Source: Dictyostelium discoideum
Lineage: Eukaryota
NCBI GenBank assembly: GCA_000004695.1
Contig: CM000150.2
Span: 3,808,001 to 3,872,000, forward strand
Direction of reading: 5' to 3'
DNA length: 64,000 nucleotides
Shown: positions 54,624-64,000 of the stretch, in pieces
Position numbering within the stretch: position 1 is the stretch's first letter
Layout: every line of letters begins with the position of its first letter
Program-made: the position numbers and the translations under genes
Notes under the pieces: model-generated
What the model saw: the letters and a program-made list of their open reading frames with translations, nothing else
The model's database searches: none
What the model was told of the DNA's origin: nothing

Positions 54624-57313
54624 ATGATATTTAAAAAATTATTTTCAAAAGGTAGTACATCACCAACAACAAGACCAAGAGGAGCTACATTTAGTGGTAC
54701 ATTTCCAACAGATGTATTAAGTGATGATGGTAGTGGTACCAATACAAATGGTTTATCAAATTCAACAACCAATCCATCATCAATACATTCAACACCAACA
54801 ACACCAACAACAACAGCATCAACTAATTTAACAAATTCAAATAAATTATCAACATTGGCACCAATTACAAATGGAAATCGATCATTAAGAGGTAGTAAAG
54901 ATGGTAGTGGTACTACAAAAGAGAGTAAAAAAAAAGTATTGACACTAAATGAAAAACAAAAATTATTATTAAAATCAATGGAATATATAAAAGGATCAGG
55001 TACTTATTATGGTAACTATATGGAATTCTATGAAATTCCAATTCAAATCTATGTTGGTACTGAACCATCTGAAACCTATCCATCATTATCATACAACACA
55101 GAGTTAAGATCATTAATATTGGATTTCAATAAAATCACTGAAATTCCTGAACAAATAGGCCTCCTTCCAAATTTAAAACATTTATCATTGGCTGCAAATC
55201 AATTGTCTCAAGTACCTGAATTTCTCTCACAATTAAAATCTTTAGAATCTTTAGAACTTGGTATTAATCAATTCACTAGTTTCCCTTTAAATATTTGTAA
55301 AATTAAATCATTAACTTTACTTCGTTTAGAAACAAATAATATTAAATCATTACCTGATGATTTTATAAATTTAGAAAATTTAAAGGTTTGTTTTTTTCAT
55401 TATTCTTTATTATTATTTTTACATATTTTAATTTATTAATTTTTTTTTTTTTTTTTAAATTTTAATTTTAGGATTTATCATTATTAGATAATCAATTAAA
55501 AGAAATACCAGATTCATTACCAAATAATATTGAAAAATTAAATTTAGGATGTAATGATATTATTAATTCTTATTCTAAATCATTAATTAGAATATCACAT
55601 AGTTTAACAACATTAAATTTATCAGAGAATAAAATTGAAGTTTTAGATGAATCATTATCATGTTTAGTTAATGTTAAAACATTAATATTAGATTGTAATA
55701 TGATTAAAGTTATACCAGGATCAGTATTAGGTTCATGGAAATCATTGGTAACTTTAAATTTACCACATAACTTTATTTCAGATTTACCTGCTGAAATAGT
55801 TACATTGGATAATCTTAGAATCATTGATCTTAGAGGTAATAATTTTGAATTTTGTAAAAATTATCCATCAAGTGAATCTTCATCAATTCTATTCAAAATT
55901 GAAGAGTTTATAAAAGATAAAGAGAAATTAAAATCTTTAATTTTAAAAGAAAATCTTGAAATTTTATCAAAATTAAAAGATGATAATTCAACTACTACTA
56001 CCACTAATATCAACTCTAATCTTGATGTACCAATTATTATTACAACAAATATTGAAACAATACCAACAACATCAACAACAGCTACAACAACAGAAACAAC
56101 AAATGATATCACCTTTAAAATATCAGATATAACTGAAATAATAGAAAAAACAGACACAACAACAACAACAACAACGACAAACCAAACCGATAATGTAAAA
56201 TTAGAAGAAAAAGTATATGAAAAACAAGAGAATGACGAAAATAATAGTGTAACATTAGAAACAACTACTACAATATCTATTGCATCTGATAATACTGATG
56301 AGGCATCTATTCAAATACCCCAAAAGGAAGATGGAGATAAAGAAAATCTTGAAAACGATGATAAATTACTACAAGAATCATTTTCTGAAAATAACAATAA
56401 CAATAACAATGAAAAACAACAAGAACAACAAGAGAATCCATTAAAAGAAAGCCAAGGAAAGATTCAGCAACTTGAAGAGGAATTAGAAAAACTTGAACAA
56501 AAACAACTTGAATTAAAAGATAAAATACGATTAGAGAAAATTAAATACCAAGAGATTCAACAACAATCTCCAAGATTATCTCAACAAGAAAACAATCAAG
56601 AAGCTATTGTTGTTAATACACAACCATCATCTCCACCACCAACAATTATTGTAAATGAACAAAAATCAGAGAAATTAGAAAATGAAAAACCAACTAAAAG
56701 AGAACAGCCAATGGTTGTAGTTACAAAAAATAATAATAAGGCAGAAGTTGAAATGACAGCACCTAATCAATTAATATTTTGGCAATCAATTGTACCAGAT
56801 TTAATTATTGATAAATTGTATTTAGGTTGTAGAGAATGTGCAATGAATAAATCTTGGTTAAAAGATAATAATGTTACTCATATTTTAACTGTTGCAAATT
56901 TTAAACCATTATATCCAGATGTATGTTAATTTTATTTATTATTAATTATTATTATTATTTATTTCCAAACTTGTATTAACTTTTTTATTTTTTTTTTTAT
57001 ATAAATTTCATTTTTTTAGTTATTCAAATATTTAATTATTAATATTGATGATGTTGATGAAGCAAATATTTATCAATATTTTAAAGAGATGAACACGTTT
57101 ATTGATGAAGGTAGAGAAAAAGGCGGAGTTTTAATTCATTGTAGAGCTGGTGTTAGTAGAAGTGCAACTGCAACAATCGCTTATATAATGATGAAAAATT
57201 CAGTTAAATTCCAAGAAGCATTTGATATCACCATAAAAGGTAGATCTAGAATTTATCCAAACAGAGGGTTCCTTAACCAATTAAAAAAATTTGAAAAAGA
57301 TTTATCAAAATAA
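54624..57313 (+). CDS. Second MPL-type LRR + dual-specificity phosphatase paralogue, ~834 aa; 3 exons approx 54624-55385, 55472-56920, 57020-57313
   Basis: The exon-intron architecture and intron phases are the same as the upstream paralogue. LRR and DUSP blocks are near-identical (active site HCRAGVSRSATAT; terminus …FKPLYPDV|LFKYLIINIDDVDE). The N-terminal Ser/Thr-rich region and the Thr/Gln-rich linker have diverged. The N-terminus also has RPRGATF. Confidence 0.8.
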
Positions 57314-57845
57314 AATAAAATAAAATAAAATAAAATAAACAAATACTTTCTAAAAAAAATTTTTGTTGGTTGTTCATTTATTTATAGTCTTTAAATTACA
57401 GGGACTTAATTTTTTTTATTGCCAAGATGCTGTTTTGGTTAAAGCGGCTGTGAATTTTATTTAAATTATGTTAAATATTATTTGACACAAATTTAAGATA
57501 ATTTTATATTGTAATGAAGTGAAAGAGGTTTCATTAGAAATGTAATGATTCACCATATTAAAACTAATATGGATTTATGTATTGATATATATTAATATGG
57601 AAATCATAAGGATCATAATATAATTCAGTTACTAGTCATAATCGACTTTAGAAGGCTAATCCTGGTACTCAAAAATTATAATATAAATACTCTAAAAGTA
57701 TTAAATAAAAATCATTGTGGTTTCTTTTCTATATTAAATATACAAATAAACTATTCATCTCTTATTTGTTTATCTTACTATATTAATTATATATTAACTT
57801 CAATAAAGAACTAAACCTGATTTTTTATTCAAAAAATATCACAAA

Positions 57846-57917
57846 TCCTTGTTGGTCTAGTGGTGAGGATTTTCGCCTGTCACGCGAAAGGCCCGGGTTC
57901 AATTCCCGGACAGGGAG
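57846..57917 (+). tRNA. tRNA-Asp (anticodon GUC), 72 nt, followed by a T5 Pol III terminator
   Basis: The cloverleaf was folded by hand. The acceptor stem is TCCTTGT/ACAGGGA with discriminator G. The D-arm is GTCTAGTGGTGAGGAT. The anticodon stem TTCGC/GCGAA has loop CTGTCAC (U33, GTC, A37). The T-arm is CCGGG-TTCAATT-CCCGG (GTTCAAT = T-loop). It resembles eukaryotic tRNA-Asp/Glu genes. Confidence 0.85.
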
Positions 57918-57932
57918 CTTTTTGGAATAAAA

Positions 57933-59146
57933 CTAAAATCCGAACTTCCGATTATTTATATTGCTATTCATATTATTAATAAATTTTGAATTTTGTTTTT
58001 TCTTTCTAATAATATAAATAGTTGAAATTAAAACTACAGCAACAAAAGCAGTACACCCAACGACGATACCAGCTATTTTTGTTCCAGATAAACTACTATT
58101 TGATTTTGAACAAATTGAATTATTATCTTCCGTGGAAGCTGAAAGTAATACTGAAAAGTCTGGATCTATTTTTGCTGATTTTTTAAAATTTGGGATTTCA
58201 ATTCCAATAAAAGATTGAGATTGATAAGAACTTTCAATAGGATTGAAAGTAGAATCTAATAATACATTTTCAATTGATTTGGCATTGTTGTCTATTAAAG
58301 CTCTTTTTATGAAACGACCATAGACTGAATGATTATCAACTTGAACCTTAGATAATTTGAATCGTCACCATTAGAAGTATTACCAAATTGTTTGGATGAA
58401 CAAATATCTTTGGTCTTTGATGATTCTAATAAAGTTGACATTACCAATTGTAAAGTATTCAATTGGCTTTTAAAATTGTACGAAGTCATTTCAATTGTAT
58501 ATTTCAAGGTTGATGGGTTCATTATTAAATTTTGATTTGCAAATTGAATTGATTTGGTTTGATTAAACCATTCAATTGTTACACTAATGTTTGTTACTTT
58601 GTTTGAACCAGATATAATATTGGTAAAATATTGATTGTATGGTAATTCTGGATAAATAGCAGAAATACTATCATAGTATTGACCTTTTATTATTTTTAGT
58701 AAAAAGAATAAAAAAAAAAAATTAATTAATTATTTAAATTAAATTGGAAAACGGTATTTTTTTTTTCCTTACCAAATGGATTATTAATAACAAGATCTTT
58801 TTTATTTGAAATATTTGATATTGATATTGTCAATGAATCGATATTTGTTGTAGTTGTAAAGCCAGACATTGTAATACTCATAATATTTGTATTATGTACT
58901 ATTGATGATGTGCAAGATATTGAATAACTAACCCCAACTGAACTATCATAAAAAATTGATGTATCCAATCCTTCAAGTTTTAAATATCCTGCTATATTGT
59001 AAGCTGAAAAAGTATTACTAAAACCATTAACCAAAACAGGACTTAAAGTTAAAATATCCGTAGCTAAATTAAAATAATCTTAGTATATGTTCAAAACAGG
59101 GTATATAAAAAATGATAATAATAAAAATAATAATAAATAATAATAA

Positions 59147-59193
<47 letters not shown>

Positions 59194-59592
59194 TTCATAC
59201 CGATACAACTAAGAACAAGTTTAATTTTAGAAGATGTTAAAGTTAAGAGTTCAAGAGTGAATTGAGGGGATCCTTGAACACGAGTTATTGTTACATTTAA
59301 TAATGATGATGTTTGGTTTTGTGAAATTTTATTAATTGAAACAGTGTATGTGTTAATGATAGGTTGAAGGGTTTCTGTACCTATATTGGTTCCATTGTCA
59401 TTTGTGTTTAAGAAAAAAAAAGTAAAACTACAAAATCCATCAGCTGCCTTTGTATATTTTTTATGTGGGGTATTTATTGGTGAAACATCTTGAACTGTGA
59501 TTTCTGATTTACCATTTTCAACTAAAATTAACAAAATTAGAAATAAAAAAATTTAAAGAAATAAAAAAAAAGAATAATTTTTTATTAATCAT
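57933..59592 (-). pseudogene. Type I membrane glycoprotein-like gene (signal peptide, many NxS/T sites, C-terminal TM + basic tail), at least 3 exons, with two apparent frame discontinuities (possible pseudogene or sequence errors)
   Basis: The minus strand has a signal-like ATG exon at ~59592 (MINKKLFFFFISLNFFISNFVNF) that is out of frame by 1 with the downstream ORF 59521-59201 (…ENGKSEITVQDV…KLVLSCI). A GTATGA donor at 59200 opens an (ATA)n intron. The ORF 59034-58755 (…VINNPF|GTAAGG) follows, then ORF 58680-58307 ending SMVVS*. A +1-frame ORF continues 58380-57933 (…RFIKRALIDNN…TKIAGIVVGCTAFVAVVLISTIYIIRKKKQNSKF…RKFGF*). The stop codon lies 16 bp from the tRNA-Asp 3' end, convergently. 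Confidence 0.4.
59113..59192. repeat. (ATA/TAA)n microsatellite within the first intron of the minus-strand membrane-glycoprotein-like gene
   Basis: Direct reading. The GTATGA donor lies immediately upstream on the minus strand. Confidence 0.8.
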
Positions 59593-60369
59593 TTTTTTTT
59601 TTATCACCAATTTTTAAAATAAAAAAAATAAAATAAAGTAAATTAAAAAATAAAATTGTTAATTTTAATATTTTTTATAATTTTATTGGTGACTAATCTT
59701 TAGTGATGAAATCGGTTATTTTTTTTTTTTTCCCCGAGATATTTTGGACTTAATTTTATATGGTTTTGGAAAAAAAAAAATAATAGAATAAATACAAAAT
59801 TTATATATTTTTTTTTAAAAAAAAATCACAATAAAATTGTTTTTTAATTTATTTTTTTTTATTTTTTGGTTGTGTTTTATTTGTTTTTTTTTTTTATTTT
59901 TTTTATTTTTTTTGGTTGTGTTTTTGTTTTATTTTTTTTTTTTATTTTTTTTCTTATTTTTTTTTTTTTGAATTCAAAAAGGAATAAATTACTTTATCAT
60001 TATACTGAATTATCTTTTGTATTTGGTAATATAGAAACAACAGCACTTATTTTTAACTTTAATTATTATTTTTGGTTAAATATTATTAATATTAGTTAAA
60101 ATTTTAATAGATAATAGTGACTTTTAAATTTTTAGAAATAACTACGATAAAAATTTTTTCACTAGAAACAATTAATATAAAATAATTTTTTTTTGGTAAA
60201 AAAAAAGGAAAAAAAAATATCTTTGATATTTCTAAAAAAAAAATATTAAAAAATTAATTTGGAACAGTTTTTTTTTTTTATTTTTTTTTTTTTATTTTTT
60301 GTGAAAATCAAAAATATCTTTTTTTTATATCCATATTATTTGTGTTATTCAAAAAATATATTAAATAAA

Positions 60370-62952
60370 ATGACAAAAAAAAATAATAATTATTTAAAAC
60401 ATGATAAAGTATTTGAAAAAAGATCAAAAAATAAAAACCTTGATGATTTTGGTTTTGAACCAGAGAAACCAAAAAAACAAATTCAAATAAAAACCAAAGA
60501 AATAATAAACAATCAACAAGAAGTAAATTTATTTTGGAAAATATGGAAAAATAAATATTTAAAAAGTTTAATATTAAATTTTTTAAAAACTGAATTAAAA
60601 GTTGGAGTTTATAGTTATGATGAAATTGTTAGTGTTCAATGGCTATTACAAAATAATTATATAGAACTATTAAAATATAAAGCAAAAAGGGGTGATTTAT
60701 TAGTAGACTTTTTCGATTTCAATGTTAAAGAATCAAAAAATAAAGAACCAAAAAATCTTTATAAGCAAATTAAAAATGATTTTCAATTATATAAAGATTT
60801 ATTCAAAAATTATCCAATGTACTTCACCCAACCCTATTATAAATATAATTGTTACAAGAATCATATGGTTGACCCAATTAGATTTGGTTTACATTTTCCA
60901 ATGAGTATAAAAGAGTATACATACAGAGAATCGATAGTGAATGATAATGTGGCACCATTCTCGTTATTGGAGTATGATAGAGTTGATATATTTTATCTAG
61001 CAATTGATTTTGGGTCAGTTGATATAGCCAAATATTTATTCAATACAAAATTGAAATCTCAAAAAAATGATATCAATGGTAAAGTTTGGAAGAATCATAC
61101 ATTTACAAATACAACATCAAATCAAACTCCAAAACATTATAATATTATAAACAAAATCGTTAAATTATTAATCATTGATTTGAAATTAATACCACCAAAA
61201 GAAATGAATAAAATTTGTCTAGATATTTTCCATGTTGATATTAAATCATTAACAGTTTCAGAACTCTATGAATGTTGTTTCACCATAGCAATATTATTAG
61301 AACAAACTCAATTCTTTAAAGATTATCAACTTCAAATTTCAAAAGGTACAATTATAGATAAATATATGAACTATACAGGTTATTTACAAAATTATTTACC
61401 AAATCCTTTAATTGATTTCTTAACTACCACTCAAATAAATGAAATGAAATCCATTCATAATTTAAATCAAACTTATTTAAGCTCAAAAGTAATTTCAATT
61501 TCAAAAGATGATGAAAATGTTTATAAATTAATTAAAATGTTAATACCATTTACAAATTATTCAAAAAGTTATAAAAATAACTTTTTTTATTTTAACTTTA
61601 AATATTCAAATAATGGATTATTAAATTTTAAAATTGTAAAAAAAGTTGAAGATATTTCAATTACAGAGGAAGAAAACAAAACAAATACTACTACTAGTAG
61701 TTTAATTCTAAAAGATTTTAAATTTGGTGATTCAATTGAAAATGTAATATTTGGTAATCAAGAATCTATAAATTCAAAAATTGAAAGTTTCAATAGTTTC
61801 GAAGATTTTCAAGAATTTACCAATAATCCAATAACAATTAAACCAAAAATTTTAATGACTATTCTATTAGAATTAAATAGATTAGATTTAATAATTCAAA
61901 CTTTAGATATCCTATTAAATGAAATACCAAAAGAAAAACTTTTTCCAGTTGGTTTATTAAATCATATAAAATCAATTGAAATTTTTGATTACCTTTTAAA
62001 TATTAAATCATTAAAGGATGAATTTTCATTTAGAAATTGTTTAGAAAATGATAAAGGATTAAATAATATTATGGAACATATTAAAACAAATCATTTTAAA
62101 TTATATTTAGATTTTTTAAATTCAATAGACCCAATTTCAAATACACCAATACATTATTCTTTTACTTCTTTAAAGTTTATTTATAAGAATATTAAAGATT
62201 TTCATAATTTTTATGAAAGAGTTGATATATGGACAAGATGGGATTATTTTTCATTAAGTATGGATGATTTCATTGAATTGGTTAAATTCACTCCAATTAG
62301 TCAAAAGTATTCATATTATTGTGGTACCACACTTAGAAATGATGATATGGTGTTAAAAAGATTACATTGGGTAAAGAAATATAGATCCTATGATTTATTA
62401 AGTGGTAGATGTGATAGAGAATATGGTAATAAACTGGGAATAGATACTGAAACAACAATTCACATTTACGATTACCTTTTTGGTGATATGAATAAATTAA
62501 AGACATTTCAAATTCCAATGGGTTTAAATAATAATTATGATCATTTAATAAATGTTACAGTTGATAACTACTTTTCAAAGGTTTTTAAATTAATTGGTTC
62601 TCGTGGTGATATTAAAGCATTGGAAATCATTATGGAAATTTTACAAAGTAAACCTATTGTAACTAATCTTTATTATAATTTCCTTTATCGTAATGTATTA
62701 ACTCCTATCATAGTGAAGGCTGTCAAAAATTGTAAATTTAATGTATTTGACTTTTTAAAGTTAAACTATCCTTGGATATTTGATGATACTTTGATAAATA
62801 CTCAAGAATTTGGTGATGGACAATTTAAAAGATATCTCAATGTTATAGCTTTATTAAGTACTGCAAGCCAAGCTGCTTCTGAAAATATAACTTTTAAGCA
62901 ACTTTTAAGTTCAAATTATTTTAATGAAATTACAAGAAAAAAACTATATTAA
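60370..62952 (+). CDS. Large Asn/Lys/Ile-rich hypothetical protein (~860 aa), no recognised domain; likely start at ATG 60370 (MTKKNNNYLKHDK)
   Basis: The long ORF 60259-62952 has an N-terminal 37 codons that are a poly-T translation. The first plausible ATG is at 60370. Composition and codon usage are coding-like throughout. Upstream exons cannot be excluded. Confidence 0.5.
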   Translation: MTKKNNNYLKHDKVFEKRSKNKNLDDFGFEPEKPKKQIQIKTKEIINNQQEVNLFWKIWKNKYLKSLILNFLKTELKVGVYSYDEIVSVQWLLQNNYIELLKYKAKRGDLLVDFFDFNVKESKNKEPKNLYKQIKNDFQLYKDLFKNYPMYFTQPYYKYNCYKNHMVDPIRFGLHFPMSIKEYTYRESIVNDNVAPFSLLEYDRVDIFYLAIDFGSVDIAKYLFNTKLKSQKNDINGKVWKNHTFTNTTSNQTPKHYNIINKIVKLLIIDLKLIPPKEMNKICLDIFHVDIKSLTVSELYECCFTIAILLEQTQFFKDYQLQISKGTIIDKYMNYTGYLQNYLPNPLIDFLTTTQINEMKSIHNLNQTYLSSKVISISKDDENVYKLIKMLIPFTNYSKSYKNNFFYFNFKYSNNGLLNFKIVKKVEDISITEEENKTNTTTSSLILKDFKFGDSIENVIFGNQESINSKIESFNSFEDFQEFTNNPITIKPKILMTILLELNRLDLIIQTLDILLNEIPKEKLFPVGLLNHIKSIEIFDYLLNIKSLKDEFSFRNCLENDKGLNNIMEHIKTNHFKLYLDFLNSIDPISNTPIHYSFTSLKFIYKNIKDFHNFYERVDIWTRWDYFSLSMDDFIELVKFTPISQKYSYYCGTTLRNDDMVLKRLHWVKKYRSYDLLSGRCDREYGNKLGIDTETTIHIYDYLFGDMNKLKTFQIPMGLNNNYDHLINVTVDNYFSKVFKLIGSRGDIKALEIIMEILQSKPIVTNLYYNFLYRNVLTPIIVKAVKNCKFNVFDFLKLNYPWIFDDTLINTQEFGDGQFKRYLNVIALLSTASQAASENITFKQLLSSNYFNEITRKKLY

Positions 62953-63045
62953 ATAAGAAAAAAAATAAAAAATAAAAAAAAAAAAAATAAAAATAATAAA
63001 AATAAAATAATAAAAAGGTATATTAAAAATTTAAAGAATTTGTTT

Positions 63046-64000
63046 TTATTTCTTTGACTTTGCAAAAGGATTATATTTCATTGGAACTTTAGCTGGTGGT
63101 TGATTTTTAGTATTACTATTGTTATTAAATTTATTTTTTTGTTGTTGTTGTTGTTGTTGTTGTGGTTGTTGTTGTTGTTGATTTCTGTTGATATTATTAT
63201 TATTATTATTTGACGCAACTAGAGTTCCTAGATCAGTATTATTACCTCCGCCACCATAATTATTAATATCAATTAAACTTGGGTCATTAAGGTTATTAAA
63301 ATCATAGTTATAACTATTATTATTGTTATTGTTATTATTGTTATTATTATTATTATTAAAACCATTGTTGTTATCATAACCACCATAGTTATTATTATTA
63401 TAGTTATTATTATTATTATTATTAAAACCATTGTTATTGCCATTGTTATAATTGTTGTTATAATTATTATTATAATTATTACCATTATTATTGCCATTGT
63501 TATAATTATTATTATAATTATTATTGTAATTGCTATTATAACCATTACCATTGTTATTGTTATTGTTGTAGTTATTTCCATTATTATAACTATTATTATA
63601 ATTATTATAATTGCTATTGTTATAATTATTGTTATTATTATAATTATTGCTATTATTACCATTATAGTTACCATTATTATTATAATTATTATTTTTATAA
63701 TTATTATTATTATTATAATTATTATAATTATTATAATTATTATTATTATTATTATTATTGTTATTATTATTGTTATTATTATTATTATTATTATTGTTAT
63801 TGTTATTATTATTGTTATTATTATTATATCTGTTATTATTATAATTTTGATTATTAAATCTATTATAACCAATTTGTTTATTATTATAACCACCACTACC
63901 AACATTACCAAAACCACCATTAAATTGTTGATTATCTTTATATTGATTTGAACCACCTAAAGAATTATTGACCATTCTATTGATAGCAGCATTTTGAGTA
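63046..64000 (-). CDS. Asn/Tyr/Gly-rich (prion-like) protein, C-terminal part; the ORF remains open past the right-hand window edge (partial)
   Basis: The 63046-63975(-) ORF is listed from an internal M, but the same frame has no stop up to position 64000 (…TQNAAINRMVNNSLGG…). Long NNYNN repeats lead to a poly-Gln then basic C-terminus (…KVPMKYNPFAKSKK*). Confidence 0.45.
   Translation of the reverse strand, partial: TQNAAINRMVNNSLGGSNQYKDNQQFNGGFGNVGSGGYNNKQIGYNRFNNQNYNNNRYNNNNNNNNNNNNNNNNNNNNNNNNNNNNNNYNNYNNYNNNNNYKNNNYNNNGNYNGNNSNNYNNNNNYNNSNYNNYNNSYNNGNNYNNNNNNGNGYNSNYNNNYNNNYNNGNNNGNNYNNNYNNNYNNGNNNGFNNNNNNNYNNNNYGGYDNNNGFNNNNNNNNNNNNNNSYNYDFNNLNDPSLIDINNYGGGGNNTDLGTLVASNNNNNNINRNQQQQQPQQQQQQQQKNKFNNNSNTKNQPPAKVPMKYNPFAKSKK

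Noticed and set aside
63273-63956. Minus-strand ORF of poly-Ile/Thr (227 aa) overlapping the Asn-rich gene
   Set aside because: It is an alternative frame of the AAT/AAC repeat. The Asn/Tyr/Gly frame has the coherent N- and C-termini.

Overview
The window reads as nuclear genomic DNA of a Dictyostelium-type social amoeba. Overall GC is about 22-25%, intergenic and intronic sequence is dominated by poly(dA)/poly(dT) runs, and introns are short (~80-180 bp) with GTAAGT/GTATGT donors and (T)nAG acceptors. Poly-Asn and poly-Gln tracts occur inside coding regions. There are no prokaryotic operon features and no CRISPR array.

I reconstructed about 27 protein-coding genes by joining the six-frame ORF track across frame-preserving introns. 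They are:
- a Sec14/CRAL-TRIO lipid-transfer protein
- ORC2
- a BK/Slo-like K+ channel
- a TBC RabGAP
- an IPT/TIG+ankyrin protein that may have a Rel-homology-like DNA-binding fold
- a GT14 glycosyltransferase
- a divergent actin
- two small hssA-like paralogues
- a secreted beta-rich protein
- TFIIH p8
- a fatty acid 2-hydroxylase
- an acyl-CoA oxidase
- Sec31
- an M1 aminopeptidase
- a TM/coiled-coil protein
- a cortactin-like DDW-motif/SH3 protein
- NADPH-cytochrome P450 reductase
- a tripeptidyl-peptidase I (sedolisin)
- mitochondrial ATP synthase beta
- two tandem LRR+dual-specificity-phosphatase (MPL-type) paralogues
- a type I membrane glycoprotein-like gene with apparent frame breaks
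- a large hypothetical protein
- a partial Asn-rich protein at the right-hand edge

There is also one tRNA-Asp(GUC), several (ATT)n microsatellites, a degenerate tandem duplicate of a gene 3' end, and a few inverted-repeat or hairpin elements.

No single dramatic new system is evident. The most unusual items are the IPT/ANK gene with a possible RHD-like domain, the tandem MPL pair, the DDW/SH3 gene, the tRNA locus with a convergent probable pseudogene, and GC-rich islands carrying a repeated motif between atp5b and mpl. Coordinates were counted by eye and may be off by 1-3 nt in homopolymer runs. In at least one place (around 17460-17520) my reading of the displayed sequence disagreed with the ORF track by one base, and I followed the track there.
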